Below are positions 23,301 to 36,700 of a stretch of DNA of 54,503 nucleotides, one piece after another; positions within the stretch are counted from its first letter, which is position 1, and the number at the start of each line of letters is the position of its first letter. This DNA is from Catajapyx aquilonaris (Eukaryota). Under the pieces are notes generated by a model. It was not told where the DNA came from, searched no databases, and saw nothing but the letters and a program-made list of their open reading frames with translations. Made by a program: the position numbers and the translations under genes. Location: the NCBI GenBank assembly GCA_000934665.2, contig KZ538675.1, positions 1-54,503 on the forward strand. Direction: 5' to 3'.

Positions 23301-24045
23301 TGAGCTACCAATCAGATCAAGTAAAGAGCCAGTTGCTGGCCCAAAGGGACATACATATCAAGAATAATTCCTTGCCCCCAAATGAGAGGGTATTAGAGCC
23401 ACCTCAGGCACTGATCTTTGGACGTGGAAGTATTGCCAGCCTTACAAACTCCGAGGACTTTAGTGATTTGACCCAATGTAAGTAGGCCTACATAAAAACA
23501 ATGGATTGATTTATTTAAATTTTGTTCTCTCATACTGATATATGCCACCTGGAATAATAATCAGCTTACCTTTACATCAGTAAAAATATCAACTCCAGCA
23601 TGAGATGAGATGCACTGGTCTTGCATATTAGTGGCTGATAAAGGTGCTTAGTGTGTCAGTATGACATTTTCACTTGCCCATAGTCTTGGCAGCTAACTGA
23701 TAAGTAGGCAGTCCCCCATATTTCCATCGTCAATAACAATGTGAACCAATAACTTTGATTATACTAACTCTTGCTATACATAATTATTTTGTTCGCAGGC
23801 AACTACTTGGCAGTTCCTATCACCATTGTGTATTGGGCTATTCTTGCTCCCAAGAAACTTCAGGGAGAAGTAGAGGCTTTTCTCGAAATACTGATTGAAG
23901 CTGCACACAACCTAGGCTTAATATTGCCGAAGCCTTACTGCTTGTGAGTAACAGGATTTGTCACATATAGAGAAATAATACAGGGTGTTCCAAAGCACTT
24001 ACAATTCATAAAACACTTATTTAAGGCACTTGTAAAATTTGTTTT

Positions 24046-24129
<84 letters not shown>

Positions 24130-26449
24130 GATACCCTGTGATAGGCCCCTTGGGCCTCTTAGGGGATCATCTTTTGAATTACCGACTTTAATCATTTGCC
24201 TGAAATGTGATGGATTTTGACAGTGGGAGGAAACGGGAGAACCCCGAGAAAACCCACGCGAACACGGAGAGAACCCATCGAAACTCTATCCACATAAGTA
24301 TCCTCCGTCCGACCCGGGGATCGAACTCGGGACCTTAGAGGTGGAAGGCTGCGGCGCTAACCACTCGGCCATAAAATTTATATGTTTTAAATGCATTTAT
24401 TTCATGCATACCAAGATCTTACTTTTTTATTTGATGCCATGGTTATTTTTGTATTTCAATCGCGTAAGCAGCACACACATTGACACATGTAAACATGTAA
24501 GTTACTGAACATATCACAAATCTTGAAACCTTCAGAAAACATTGAGGTGAACATGTCATAGTATGTAAAAGCATTTATGCTGTAGTAGCATGAACAGTTG
24601 CATAAACGTTTGATTTGAAATGCTTTTTTTAAATACACATTGACAACAAGATCAGGACAGTTTCTTAAATACTTAAATATGACAATTGACCATTTGATGG
24701 AGTCACCTGATCACTGTATGTACTGTATGATCCACGCCACGTAAATATATGCTTTTCCAGCACACAAAACTTACTCCCCATTTCATGCCCTGTGTTCCAT
24801 TTCTTCATATGTTCATATGATATGAAAGCACATTGGTAATTTTCCCATTTTCCACACCTACCCTTTCATGCCTTTCCCTCCTCAAAGCAATGCAGACATG
24901 CCACATGCCCATTTTTAGGTCTAAAAAACATGTCAGAACCATTATTTTTTATGGTCAACTTGGACGTATGTTTTTAAATAAATTTTACAGTTGTCATATA
25001 GTTATTGAGCTCAATATAATGACCTGTTAATGGACAAGTTTGCAATTCATCCCTGATCAGGTCCACTGTCATTACTACCATTACTATAGTAGGCCACTAC
25101 ATAATAGTTTTATAATACTGTGATTAATAATTGTTAAAGGAATTTTAGAGTGCTTATTCATATGCCAGCTGATATGAAATTTCTGACATCTGGCACAAAC
25201 TGGCTCCACAGATTCTTGGAGTCTATTGTCAAATTTTCATTGCAGAAAATATCTGTCTAATGGAAAGGCAGAGACATACACCTCAACTGTGGAGTTCCTC
25301 CAGGCAAGGTGTAAGAAGGACCATGAAGTGGGCTTGCAGCTGGTCCTTACCATTTTAACTCAACAGGATCAGATATGTTACGGTGCCTTGAAGACGTTAT
25401 GCCATTCTAAACTGGGCATTGTCAACCAGACACTTGTCGGCACCAGCATCATAAGCAAGAAAAACAATCCCTACAATCTGGAGGAGACAGCTACTCGCTT
25501 GGCTTCCCAGATAAATTCTAAGCTTGGTGGGGAAGCATGGAACATTGACTTCCCTGTCAAAAATCACATTATGTTTGTTGGAGTGGAAGTGTCCCAGGAT
25601 TCCACAGACCCTTCTGTAACTGTGGTTGCTGTGGTGGCCACTACCAATGCAAATTGCAGCCAGTACTACTCTGTGGCTCATTGGGAGGCTTCCAATCATT
25701 CCACACTGGCCACTTGGATTGGGCATGATGTGGCCAAAGCAGCCACGATCTACGCTCGCTGCAATGGTGGGCAATGGCCTGTGTATGTTGTGGTCTACAG
25801 GAATGGGGTCATTGACAAGCTGGAATCAGTTGACATGATGGCAAAGGAGGCAATAAGCATTAAGAATGCATTGAGGATGACCTCACCCAAGGTACAGTTT
25901 TTAAAATTATTAGTAGGAAATCGAGCTAATGTATGCAAGGGAGTAACTTATAAAATGCTATTTCTATCAAAATAACTGGTTGTTACCAATTTAACTACCT
26001 ATGAGTATTGCTATGCATCAAAGGTGTTACATCTGTGCATAATTGGAAAACATATATTTTACCAGCCGTGTAAGATGGCCTTTCTGGTGATCAATGAGAA
26101 CTGCAGTGCCCCTCGGCTGATATGGGATGTGCAGGCCATCCCTCTTGGAACAGTTTTGGACCAGACCTCACCTGCAACTGGCATGAGAGAGTTCTTCCTG
26201 GCATCCTCAAGGGGCCCCAAAGAGAAAACAGCTCCTGTTCAGTACTCCTTCCTCTGCAATGAGCCAGGAATAGATGTAGAAAAGCTGCAAGCACTCACAT
26301 TTCTTTTAACATTCATGTATTTCAACAAGTCTAGAGCCATTGCCATACCTGCTCCATGTATGTATGCACAGAATCTGTCAAAAATGGTAGGGAAAACAAT
26401 GCACTCCCTCCCACATGAGAGTCTGTGTGACAAGCTGTTTTATTTATAG
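20350..26449 (+). CDS. piwi: Divergent PIWI-clade Argonaute (N-PAZ-MID-PIWI), 7 exons, about 1072 aa, predicted non-slicing
   Basis: Exons 20350-20538, 21352-22296, 22473-22991, 23087-23477, 23799-23943, 25246-25891 and 26066-26449 total 3219 nt and are open and phase-consistent. PAZ: LVGQSVQATYDKMVYTV...SQYYEQMYGL...DQPLL...LVPQLC. MID: YGALK, NQT, QINSKLGGEAW. PIWI: MFVGVEV, VVYRNGV, PLGTVLD, PAPCMYA, C-terminal DKLFYL*. Exon 1 is the least certain. Confidence 0.9.
20955..21085 (-). mobile_element. Second degenerate RTE-like leader remnant, in PIWI intron 1
   Basis: tctcctaccccc-aaagac...gcttgggtgac...aagctaccac...tagctctt...caagcccccacc...gcaag aligns by eye with 4930-5050. Confidence 0.5.
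24048..24128. repeat. (AAT)27 microsatellite, forming the 3' tail of the adjacent minus-strand SINE
   Basis: Perfect AAT run read directly. Confidence 0.95.
24129..24371 (-). mobile_element. tRNA-derived SINE in PIWI intron 5
   Basis: The minus strand begins tggccgagtggttagcgcc (A-box) and contains gagttcgatcccc (B-box), a central gtgggttttctcggggttctcccgtttcctcccac and an (ATT)n tail. Confidence 0.85.
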
Positions 26450-26708
26450 GTCGTAGCAAGAGCTTGGTCGTAGCAAGTCGTAGTTATGAACCTTTTCCTA
26501 TATGGAATTAACCTTTGTTTTCCTTTTAGTTAACAGCCTCAGGAACTTGTAATTATTGTATGTTTGCATAACGTGGTAGGGTATATGTTTGATTAATAGC
26601 ACCTGTCATTTATTAACAGGTAACCTTTTTAAAGCATTATGCTCATTTTCTTGTGTGTTAGTTATATGTACTCCCATTTGATATTATCCGTTTATGTTTT
26701 ACTGTACC

Positions 26709-27004
26709 GGTACTATTAACTGCAAAAGTACTGTCGTACTGTTAAGGCCCATTCACACAAGCCGTCGCGGTTTTGGTCTTTGGTCGGGTTGACGCCGCGG
26801 ACCAAAGACCAAAACCGTCGACGGCCTGTGTGAATGGACCTTTACTAATGTGATGGCGTCTGCAATTTGTTGTTTAGCATGGGTGTTGCTGAGTTACGGA
26901 TGTTAATTTAGCAATATTTCGGAATCCACAACCCATGCTAAACAACAAGTTGCGGACGCCATCACATAACAGTGCACGACATTACTTTTGCAGTTAAGAG
27001 TACC
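26709..27004. mobile_element. Fold-back/MITE-like element with long inverted arms, interrupted by a nested MITE
   Basis: Left arm ggtactattaactgcaaaagtactgtcgtactgtta[insert]...tgtgatggcgtctgcaatttgttgtttagcatgggt pairs with acccatgctaaacaacaagttgcggacgccatcacataacagtgcacgacattacttttgcagttaagagtacc. Confidence 0.8.
26745..26841. mobile_element. 97-bp PIF/Harbinger-like palindromic MITE with TTA target duplication
   Basis: tta|aggcccattcacac...cggttttggtctttggtc...gaccaaagaccaaaaccg...gtgtgaatggacct|tta. Confidence 0.8.
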
Positions 27005-27023
27005 ATGAAGGCATGTATGACTT

Positions 27024-27156
27024 AAGTATGAACACCAATTTTTGTAAAGACTAAAATATGTATATTAATGAGTAGTTTTTGGCAGTACAGTGTACTGCCA
27101 AAAACGACTCATTAATATACATATTTTAGTTTTTACAAATATTGGTGTTCATACTT
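27024..27156. repeat. Near-perfect 133-bp palindrome with essentially no loop
   Basis: aagtatgaacaccaatttttgtaaagactaaaatatgtatattaatgagtagtttttggcagtaca-g-tgtactgccaaaaacgactcattaatatacatattttagtttttacaaatattggtgttcatactt; about 3 mismatches. Confidence 0.92.
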
Positions 27157-27180
27157 CTGAAGCTGTGTAAGTTACTCTGT

Positions 27181-27186
27181 AATAAA
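27181..27186 (+). terminator. Candidate poly(A) signal of the PIWI-like gene
   Basis: First AATAAA I found downstream of the stop at 26449. Confidence 0.5.
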
Positions 27187-27727
27187 ACGAATCATGTTCA
27201 TGAAATTGCCCTTTTGTTTATACACCTGACGAGAACCAGCTGAGTGACAGATTTTGACTAAAGTCCAGTTGTTTATGTTAGTCAAGTCAATCTTGTGATT
27301 TCTGAATTTGATTTTTGTTACTAATTATCGGTAATATTAGATAGGATCAAGAGCTTGATAGGATTTACACTTCTGCATGGCTTCTGCAGGATATTATTTT
27401 GTACATGGCACGCCATGTTGCACACTGAGCATGCGCCGTAGTTACGAACTAAAATAAATAAACAAAAATCAACCCGTGGCTTTCAAGGTAAATATTTCAA
27501 TTAAGTCTGTCTGCATTAAATTAGAACAAAAAGTTCTAGTTTTATGTATTGGATGTACGCTGCTGCCCTCTGTGTTCCGTGATCAAGTAGCACGTCTTGA
27601 GAAGTCTTCCCGTCAATCCATGCGAGCATAGGATCTTCTGCTGCTGTAACCTTTTCTACTCCCGCTGTCCTCTTGTCCCTGATCTTGCTGTGGAGCCGGT
27701 GTTTCATCCCACTTGCGGACACTAATA

Positions 27728-30700
27728 ATGGACAGATTCGGCGAGAGCAACTACCGAGACGGCGGGGATGATGAAGGGTGAGGTGGCAGCAGCGGGATTT
27801 GTCAATCCAGCTGATTGATTTGTGAAATATTTTGCAGGTTGACGGAAGAGGTAGAGGCCCTCAAAGCGATCTTCATGGAAGAGGTGGAGGTCAACTACAA
27901 TGACCAGTACGTATGGATAGGTGGATGAGCATGGTGGAGGTTTCTAGTTAAAGTTACTGAGGAATTGACTATGTAATCATACTGGCGTGCTGCCCACTAC
28001 TGCCATATATGTTGACTTGCACAAGTGTGCAATCACCACGTTCTACTGGTATTACAGATTTGAATTTTTTTCAAGGCTGTCGGATGGGGGCCACAGCTCG
28101 CGTTGCGTATGGATGGGCAGTGAAAAGCTGTTTTTATGAATTAATTTTTGGCATGTTCTGGTTGCTTTTGAAAGTGAAAATATGGGAGCATGATGTGGAT
28201 AGAGCTCATGAATTAGACAGTGGCTGGCAACATATAAGGTCACTACAACAAATGTAAGAAAAAGACATTATCCTCCCAGGAAGGGGTTCTCATGGAGATT
28301 ATATTCAACACCTACGAATAATGGTGGGATGTCAATTGCTATAATGTCAATCTCTTGCAGTGTCTGTGATATTTCTTGATTATACTTATCGACCCAAACA
28401 CAGTAATCAGTATAGGAGGGGTTTTTGAAATGGTTTGCTGAAATGGTAGAATGTGTACTGCTGAATCATCATGCATTAGTACATTTTGGTACAGCCTGGT
28501 GACTCGTGTGGTGACTGCAAGCAATCTTTCGAGTAGAAATATTACCAATACATGAAATCAGCCCACTTTTCACCTTCCGTGAATTGCATTGGAATTATAA
28601 CAATTTTGTTAATTTTCAGAGGGAGACCTGTGGAAATAGTGACTACTTTGCACCCTGCAACAGCAGAGGATACTGAGCATCAGTTTGTACGTGTGACCTT
28701 AGTTGTGATTCTTCCTCCTAACTACCCTGACTGCAGCCCTGAAGTCCAGATTCGAAACCCACGAGGTCTCTCTGATGAACAACTGGGAAAGATGCGCAAG
28801 GTCTGCAAGACTAAGTGTGAGGACTACCAGGGCACTGCTGTCATATATGAGCTTATAGAGGTACAGTAGATTGATAAGCTTATAGTTTGGAATGTGATCA
28901 TAATTTCTGCAATGACTGTTCTTGAAGAATTTCATTTAGAGTAACAAATTGTATAGTAGGATGGGAGACCGAAGCAGTTTGGAGTAGGGGATATGGTGTC
29001 CGACTGCTAATCGGGAGGTCCTGGGATCAAATCCCGGGGCCGGCAACTCTGACCGTGGTTTTCTGTGGTTTCCCACGCTGCATGCGATTGTGAAATGGTG
29101 GAGTTATGATCACCTTTAGTTTTCTGGCCCCCCTTGCAATATAGATGCCATCTACGAATATATCAGATTAGTGTAATCGCCAGACCTTCAAAACTTAGCA
29201 AAGGTCATCTCTGTACGTGTTACCGTTTTTGAATTTTAAAATACTTGCCATGACTTTTGACTCAGCCCGTGTAACTTAAAATTCATTGGGTCAGAGATGA
29301 CCAAAACATAATAAAAACCATCCTTACGCCGCCTATGATGAAAAAGAGGCGTTATAATAATTATTTACTTCCCAAAATCATGAATGTATGCAGTACAGGG
29401 TTAAACTACTTAATATGTGAGGGATAAGGATGGCAGAGTTCAGGCCATGTCATGTAGCCTCTGAGGACCTGAGTTAGATCACCTGATTGGACCAAGGATT
29501 TTTTTCAGAAAGAGTTTCAGTAGATCCTCTTCTTTGATTTTTCTGGGCTCTCTGGTTACCTCCCACAATCCATAGAAGCACATAACTTATTAAAGTTATA
29601 AACTGAAAATATGATCCTGAAGAGACTACATGCCTATCAGAGGCTTGAATCTGCTGGACTTCTCCCCTCGCACCACCCAGATATCACTTGCAATGCCTGG
29701 TATCTGTGACGCAATGGTCTCTAACATCCAATCTCGGAACAGGTTTCTCTCGCCTGGGCTGGCAGAAATATGAATTCTATGTGTACCACGAGAGAGTTGC
29801 ACAAAACACGAGACAATGCATGTCTGCAGCCAGTGCAAGCAAGCAGAGGTGCCCAAACTGGGGTTTCCAAGAGGTATCGGTCCTCATGGGTTACCTGAAG
29901 GGCCATGAGAATTTGGCAGGTATGGTGTGTTCTGTGCTTCTGCCCCACCCTGCCAAATTTTCAGGCCCTCAGGGATGCCTGGGAAGGCCGCTGCTTTCAC
30001 ACAGTGAAAGTGTTACATTTATGTGCTGGAAAAAGCAATGACGAAAGCTATTCACAGTAAAACATCTATAAAAGTCGAATCTCCATGGGACCGGGAAAAA
30101 ACTTTGAGTTATAGAAGATTCGAGATAGAGAAGATTGGAATTTTTTAAGCATGTAACTCTATAAGGAAGCCTACCTATGAGCCTACCTTTATATCATGTG
30201 ACAAAAGGTGTTCAAAACTTAAAAACAACTGTCACTACAGTATCACACTACAATGTGACTCCTCATTGTTTTGTTGTAAAAAAGTATGTTATTTAATCAA
30301 AGGCAGATGGGAATGTCTGGGCCCATGGGACCTGGTGCAGATGGCATGAGTCATTACTGGTAGACTGAGATCAGGAAAGAGACTTTCTGTGCATGTGGCC
30401 TACTCTCAAACCTTCGGCTGGGAAATAAGAAAATTTTCTGTACTCGCCAACATGAACTTCGACTTAGGGAGCCTGAAAATGCATCAATATCCCATCGTAA
30501 GGCCCTGTCTGCACTTCGAGTTATAGAAATTCGAGTTAGGGAAGTTTATTTCTTATTATTTTACATTGTGACCAACCAAGCTCATAATTTTCTTCGACTT
30601 ATAGAGAACTTCGACTTATAGCTAAGGTTTTTTTTCTTCTTCTTTTTCAAAGTGTACCCCGCGATAGGGCCTGAGGCCCCCTTGGGGGTGGGGGGGTGGA

Positions 30701-33700
30701 ATACCACCATAGGGTGACTGGGAGGGGATGTACAAAGGGCACGTGCAATGTCTCTGATTGGTCATTTTGTGAACTCCCCGGGGTGGATTACAGGATTAGT
30801 CTAGTGGCGATTCCACCCGAGACGAAGCCAGAGATGGCCCAACTCTGCACGAGATGAAGGGGGGGAACCCCAGGCTGGGATAGCATCCGGGACCTTAACA
30901 TCCGTGGGTGCATACATTACAGCAGCGCCACTTTGCCTCCCTGACTAGTAGAAGTTTTACTGTATTTCCATCTGGTGTGTTTTTTAAAAAACAAAATACT
31001 GACATGAGGAACATTTTTCCGAAGTAGCCTAACTTGGTGTTTGGATGAATGGTGAGGAAAGGGGACTATTTTGGTTGGGAAACTCGAAAAACGGCTTGCG
31101 AAAGAAGAAGTGACTCATGTGATTCGTACGTGCCTTTTAGTTCACGGTTCAGTCCAGTTTTAAAATGTCGGGGAAGAGGAAGGGGTTGACACGAGTTCAA
31201 CATATTGCCCGAGTCCGGGCTGATGGTCCAATGGATCAGGAAAAATTATGATTTTGCACCATATTGAGGTAAGGTGCTTATTTTTGCTCTCCCCATTTTC
31301 CTCTCTTTCTAGCGGGCAAAAATATTAGTAATGTCCTTGATCTGGTTATAGCGGAAATGTGTCCATAACGGAAAATTCTTGGGGTCCCATGCGATTCCGC
31401 TATACACGGGTTTCATTGTACCAACCTAATTCCTCTTTGCAATGAGTGGATGAGCGCATTACATTGTCCCTTATTTTTGCAAAGTTCCTAGTCACAGCTG
31501 CAAGCGTTTCACAAGTGATCCTACATACCTGTTTTAAGAGTTGGTTTTTTTCTCTGTTGCACCCGCAGACAGTAAAGGAAGTGTTGACCAGCAGCAATAC
31601 ACCAACTGGTCAGTGTCCCATCTGCCTGTGTGATTTCATGGATGGAGATGCAGTATCCAAAACCGAGTGCTACCACCACTTCCACTGCTACTGCTTGGGG
31701 ACTTACGTGCAGAAGTGTCTGGAGGAGCACAAGCAAAAGCAAGCCGAACTACCACCCTGGCAGCAGAAGCTTGATGTCAAGGTAGGAAATATGCCTTCAT
31801 TTATTCTCTTTGTACATTACACGAGGTAACTGCACCGCTTGTAGTGGAGGGCATTTTTAACCAATACAGTATAAGGCCCTGGTCATTTGAGAATAAATCT
31901 GTGACATCATAAACGACTAGCAGCAACTATCAGTGTATAAGATTCAGTTGCAATACCTCGAGCAGTATGGTTTTTGGAGGCGGTGCTATCAGTGGAAGAG
32001 GGGCATGGCCTCAATGTTGCAGAAGAATGGTATTTGTAATATTTTTTTGAAATGTCTAGCAGGCAGGTGTTAAGAGTCAATTGATTGTTCAGATGACTCT
32101 CAGGCAACTTATCTCCATGAGATACGATGCACATGTCACCAGAGTAGTACCCAGATACCAAAACATTACATCTCTCTCTGGGCTTGCATTCAATTCAGTT
32201 CTAGGATTCACAGTTTCTGGATGTAAATATCAGCAGTACTATTAAATATTTGTGCCTTGGTAATGGTTGCCTTCTACATCACAATTGCATTACGAGTTTG
32301 CATAAATCTTTTTTCAGATTTTCTTGGATTTGCAGTTTCACTTTGCACTTAATAATTTATGTGGTGGTATTTGAGTGTTAAAATGTTAACCTTTAACTAC
32401 GTAGGTGGAGCCTGAGGGGCTCCAACGGTATATTTAAATATCTGCTTATCAACTAAATTGTTATATTGGACTTTTCACATACAGAAAGTACAGTTCAGAT
32501 CATTAGGCTTCCGAAAACGTAAAAATCTCACACTGAGTCAGCATATTCCGACAGGGAAAAAATTTTAATTAAAAGGTTACATCATGTTTGAGCTGCTCAG
32601 GCTTCACCTACATAGGTAGAGCTTGAGCTGTTCCAGGAGGGACCTGTTCCTCATGACGAATTTTTTTCAACCAAAGAATAGAGACTAAAAATTTTTTTTC
32701 TTTCCTTTTCATTCTTAGGAAGGTTTTTCTGACAAAGTCACGGAAGGACAGGGAAAATAAAATTTAATGAAAAAGTTACATGCGTTTAAATAGTGCTTGG
32801 ATCCTCTCAGGCTCCACCTACGAAGTTAAGGGTTAAGCACATTTTTTTATGTCCAAAGTTTTGTCGATGTGAACTAAATGTACAATTACATATATTGCTT
32901 ATGGACTTTCTGGTGAAATAGATCTTGCTAGATATTTAGCAGTTGCAATGTATTTACAACCATAGTACACATTCTAAATTTTCTAATGTCACTGCATTAC
33001 CAAGGATTGAATTAAACATGTCAAGAGTACGATACCAGATTTTTTGATTCTTCGATAATTAATTCTATACATCTTATGGAAGGGACAAAAAGGTCTGTCT
33101 ACAGTACCGTACCACTCATAAAGAATGGTACGATTCTATAGACGAAATAACCCCTGGGTCGCCAGCATGTTTTTAAGTGTTGCAAGGAAGTCCGAGAAAA
33201 GGGAATCAAAATGAAGGAAAAAAAGAGAAGAAAAAAGCAAGGCAACATCAAATCCTGGTTAAACATTTTGGTAATTGAAAATTTCATTTAAAAATCGGGA
33301 TGGGTCATACGAGTCGCTAGAGGTCAACCTTGCCCATGGGGTCATGGCGAATAAGGTTGGGAATACTGCTGGACATTGAGGATAAACATTTCGTCCATGG
33401 AGTCATACCATTCTTTATGAGTGGGACTGTACATTCATCAGGGCAAGGAAAATGCAATCCATGTTCTGTCTCAAGGAAACAGCTACAAGTTGGTAAAGAG
33501 GTGAATGTGCCAGTAAGTATACTAACCTTGTTAGGATTTTCAGGTGTGCATATTTGGTTGCCATTCTGATGCTTTATTTTTATTTTGTTTTGTTCAAAAC
33601 AGAAAATGTTTAGATCTCTAATCTCTTATTGAATGTGAAGTATGGCATGAGTTAGTCACATTTAAGTGATGTGACAGTGACTTGGGAACTAGGCTATGTA

Positions 33701-36700
33701 AACAATATCTTCGTGTTAGTGATTTCAGCAGTACGGTATTCTACGCCACAATCATGGATCCATTCTTCATTACTCTTTTAACTACTATTAACATTAATAG
33801 TAGTTAGTATGATGAAAACCAACCCCATAAGTGTAGTTTTGTGTATATTGGCCAGGGTGCATGGTCGATAATAAATCCAGAACAAGTAGTTCATTGTTGT
33901 TATGCATAGTTGGTAATATTTTTCTGAACAAGTAATAGCAAGGATCTGCCACTTGTTTTGGGGTTTAAAGTGGGTTCTACACAGTCGGTCCAACTCCAAC
34001 TCGGACCGGATTCGACCATTGGACCTTCTGTGTAAATGACATTCTGTGTCGGATCCAACGTTGGAGCCAGGGAGGCCAGCGCAGGTCACCTAGGCAGGTC
34101 GGAGATGGGAGAGTGGGCGGGGCAAGACGTCAGATTGACTGTGTCAATCACTGTTCGACTCATCCCGGCTCTTCTAGTCGAACTCGATGACCCCCACACC
34201 ACCTTCACCTCCACCTTTTTTTAGTACACAAACTTGTCCCCCACCCTCCACCCTCTTCCACAAAAACGTGTCCCCCCCACCTTCAAACATCGAACGTCGG
34301 ACATCGAACAGCAGTCAGCCTCAGAGTCGGAGTCAGACCGACTGTGTAGAGCCCACTTTAAGGCTGCATTTACCTATGAGGGATTTGATCAGTAATGAGC
34401 TTTTTTTTCTTTTTAATAATGTAATGGATACCCCGTGATAGGTCTAGTGATGAGCATTGCTAAGAAATGGAACCGATTGTTGGGGCGAACAATCGCCTTT
34501 CACCCTAAACATTTGGTTTCATCGCACATCAAATCGCTCATATGTAAACATGGCCTAATACTGATCAAGTACCCCAGCCTTAGTGACAGATGGTGACATG
34601 TTATTTGCAATTATTGTGACTGTGGTCTCCACTGATTGTGTGATGTGTCATTGGCAATGAGAGTAATTGTCATAGTTGTGTAACAAGGTCAAACGGAAAT
34701 ACAGCCAGGAAATAGTGTTCCACATGAGGGGCTTTCCCCTGAGAGAAGAGAATCCTTGATTACGTAATGCTGTGCAATCCTACTGTTGTGCCAGCTTGAG
34801 TGAGGTGAGTTGTACAGTAGGATGATGGGGTGTTCCATGTTCTACTGTATTAGGAATTTGGCTTGATTTTAGTGTGGTATCATGTAAAAAGTTTTGCAAA
34901 GCTAATCTGAAACTATCCTGAAAAATCAGTAATGTAACCAAATTAGTCTGGCCAGGATTCTGAAAACATGTAGCCAATAATTACTACGATGCCATGTGAT
35001 GCACTAGTGATACTATCAAAATACAGGTTGAGAATCCTTTATTCAAAATTCCAAAAATTGAAAACCTCCAAAATCCTATAAAAGTTTTTTAAATGCTGAC
35101 ATGACGCACCACAAATGGGAAATTCCATGTGAGTGTAGCATGACTAGCATTGTTGCATGTATCGCTACTTATATAATAATTATANNNNNNNNNNNNNNNN
35201 NNNNNNNNNNNNNNNNNNNNCCCCCCCCCCCCCCCCATTTTAAATGCAAATATTCCAAAATCCGAAAAAAATCGTATGTCCGAAACACCTTCCTTCCCAA
35301 GCATTTCGGATAAAGGATTCTCAACCTGTACTGCATCCTTTCAGAATGTTAATCTGAGGTTCTGTATAAAATCTTGTGAGCTTATAATAGCTCCCACAAA
35401 ATCTTCCTCCTGCAATAGTTATCATCTGAGATGACTCACAGAAAAAGTACTTGATTCTAATAACTACGCTTTAGACTAACTAACCTGTAGTCAGTGATCT
35501 GCAATGGGAGTGTCACAGTATTTGATAGCCACTAAAAGTGAATAACTATAACATTTCTGACACATACCAATATGTTAAAGTACCTTCTGGCTTTCCTTGC
35601 ACAGCAGTTGCGCTAGAATATATTTATCAACTCGAACTGTTGAAGAAAGTGTGACGCAGGCTGATAATCCGTGGACTATACTGGTACAGGAATAAATAAA
35701 TACCAAACGCAACATAAAATAGCTAAATCTAAATGTGACTATCAACTTGTACCAGTGAGGACATGTTTTTTAGAACTGAATAATTTGGCACTGCAATTCG
35801 CTGGTCAAGTATGATTTTTACCAAGGGGACTCCTCAAAAAAGTGTACACCGGCTCTCTTGAGTTGCGGCTCTCCACGGCTCGCCAGTACCAGTGAGGGTG
35901 TACACTGGCTCTCCGAAGTGACTACCCCCTTGATTTTTACAGTGTTCTTACTTGCCTTCAAATTAGGCTGTAATTTCGATTTTGCAACATAATGGTAATG
36001 CCACCCTAAGTTAGAATGAAATATTAATTTTCATATGATATTCAGCACAGCTGTTTGCTTCTGTCTCTTTTTGATAATAAATTGCTTTTGCGGTATTAAA
36101 ATACTGGATACAAACTGGGACTTGCAATGCACACTATTCTTTTATACATACCTCTGCGCTAATCGTGAATGTATAGTTTTCACCGGTTTGCACTTTTATT
36201 TATGCTAGTCATTGCGGCCAGTTGCGGCACATTTACCTGTATCCTGCACATTTTTTAGTGTTACAATTCCTGCTTCATTTTTTGGATATAAATTTTTGCC
36301 TTTTGGCCAGGAACATGTATTGCGGTGACAAAACTTGCTGGTTGCTACTGCACGTGCAGCACACACAAGGGCAATAAGCCTACAAGCACAAATGTGACCT
36401 CGACATTTATTTTACCTAATTTGATGCGCAGTCACACGGTTGTCCTCACAAGACTCAAGCCCGATTATATTCCACGCCCACTTCCACTAGAATAGATACA
36501 TGCTTGGCTTGGGTGCTCAAATGGTAGGGGTGCCTTCATTCTGCGGGGAAATCCCTCGAACTGATAGGGAAGTCCGTCCTTTTTTTTTGTATTGGGGAGG
36601 GGGGAGGGATTAATGATAAATAAAATGAACATTTAAATGAACTACTAAGAAATTTAATTTAGTAAATGTTATCAAACATGAATCATGCAATCAATAATCT

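Noticed and set aside
25397..25838. Overlapping and antisense ORFs within PIWI exon 6 (likewise 42834-43139 and 45504-45797)
   Set aside because: Shadow ORFs of real coding exons.
30100..30620. CRISPR-like recurring ttcgagttatag motif
   Set aside because: Short, irregularly spaced subterminal repeats of a DNA transposon in eukaryotic DNA, with no cas genes.
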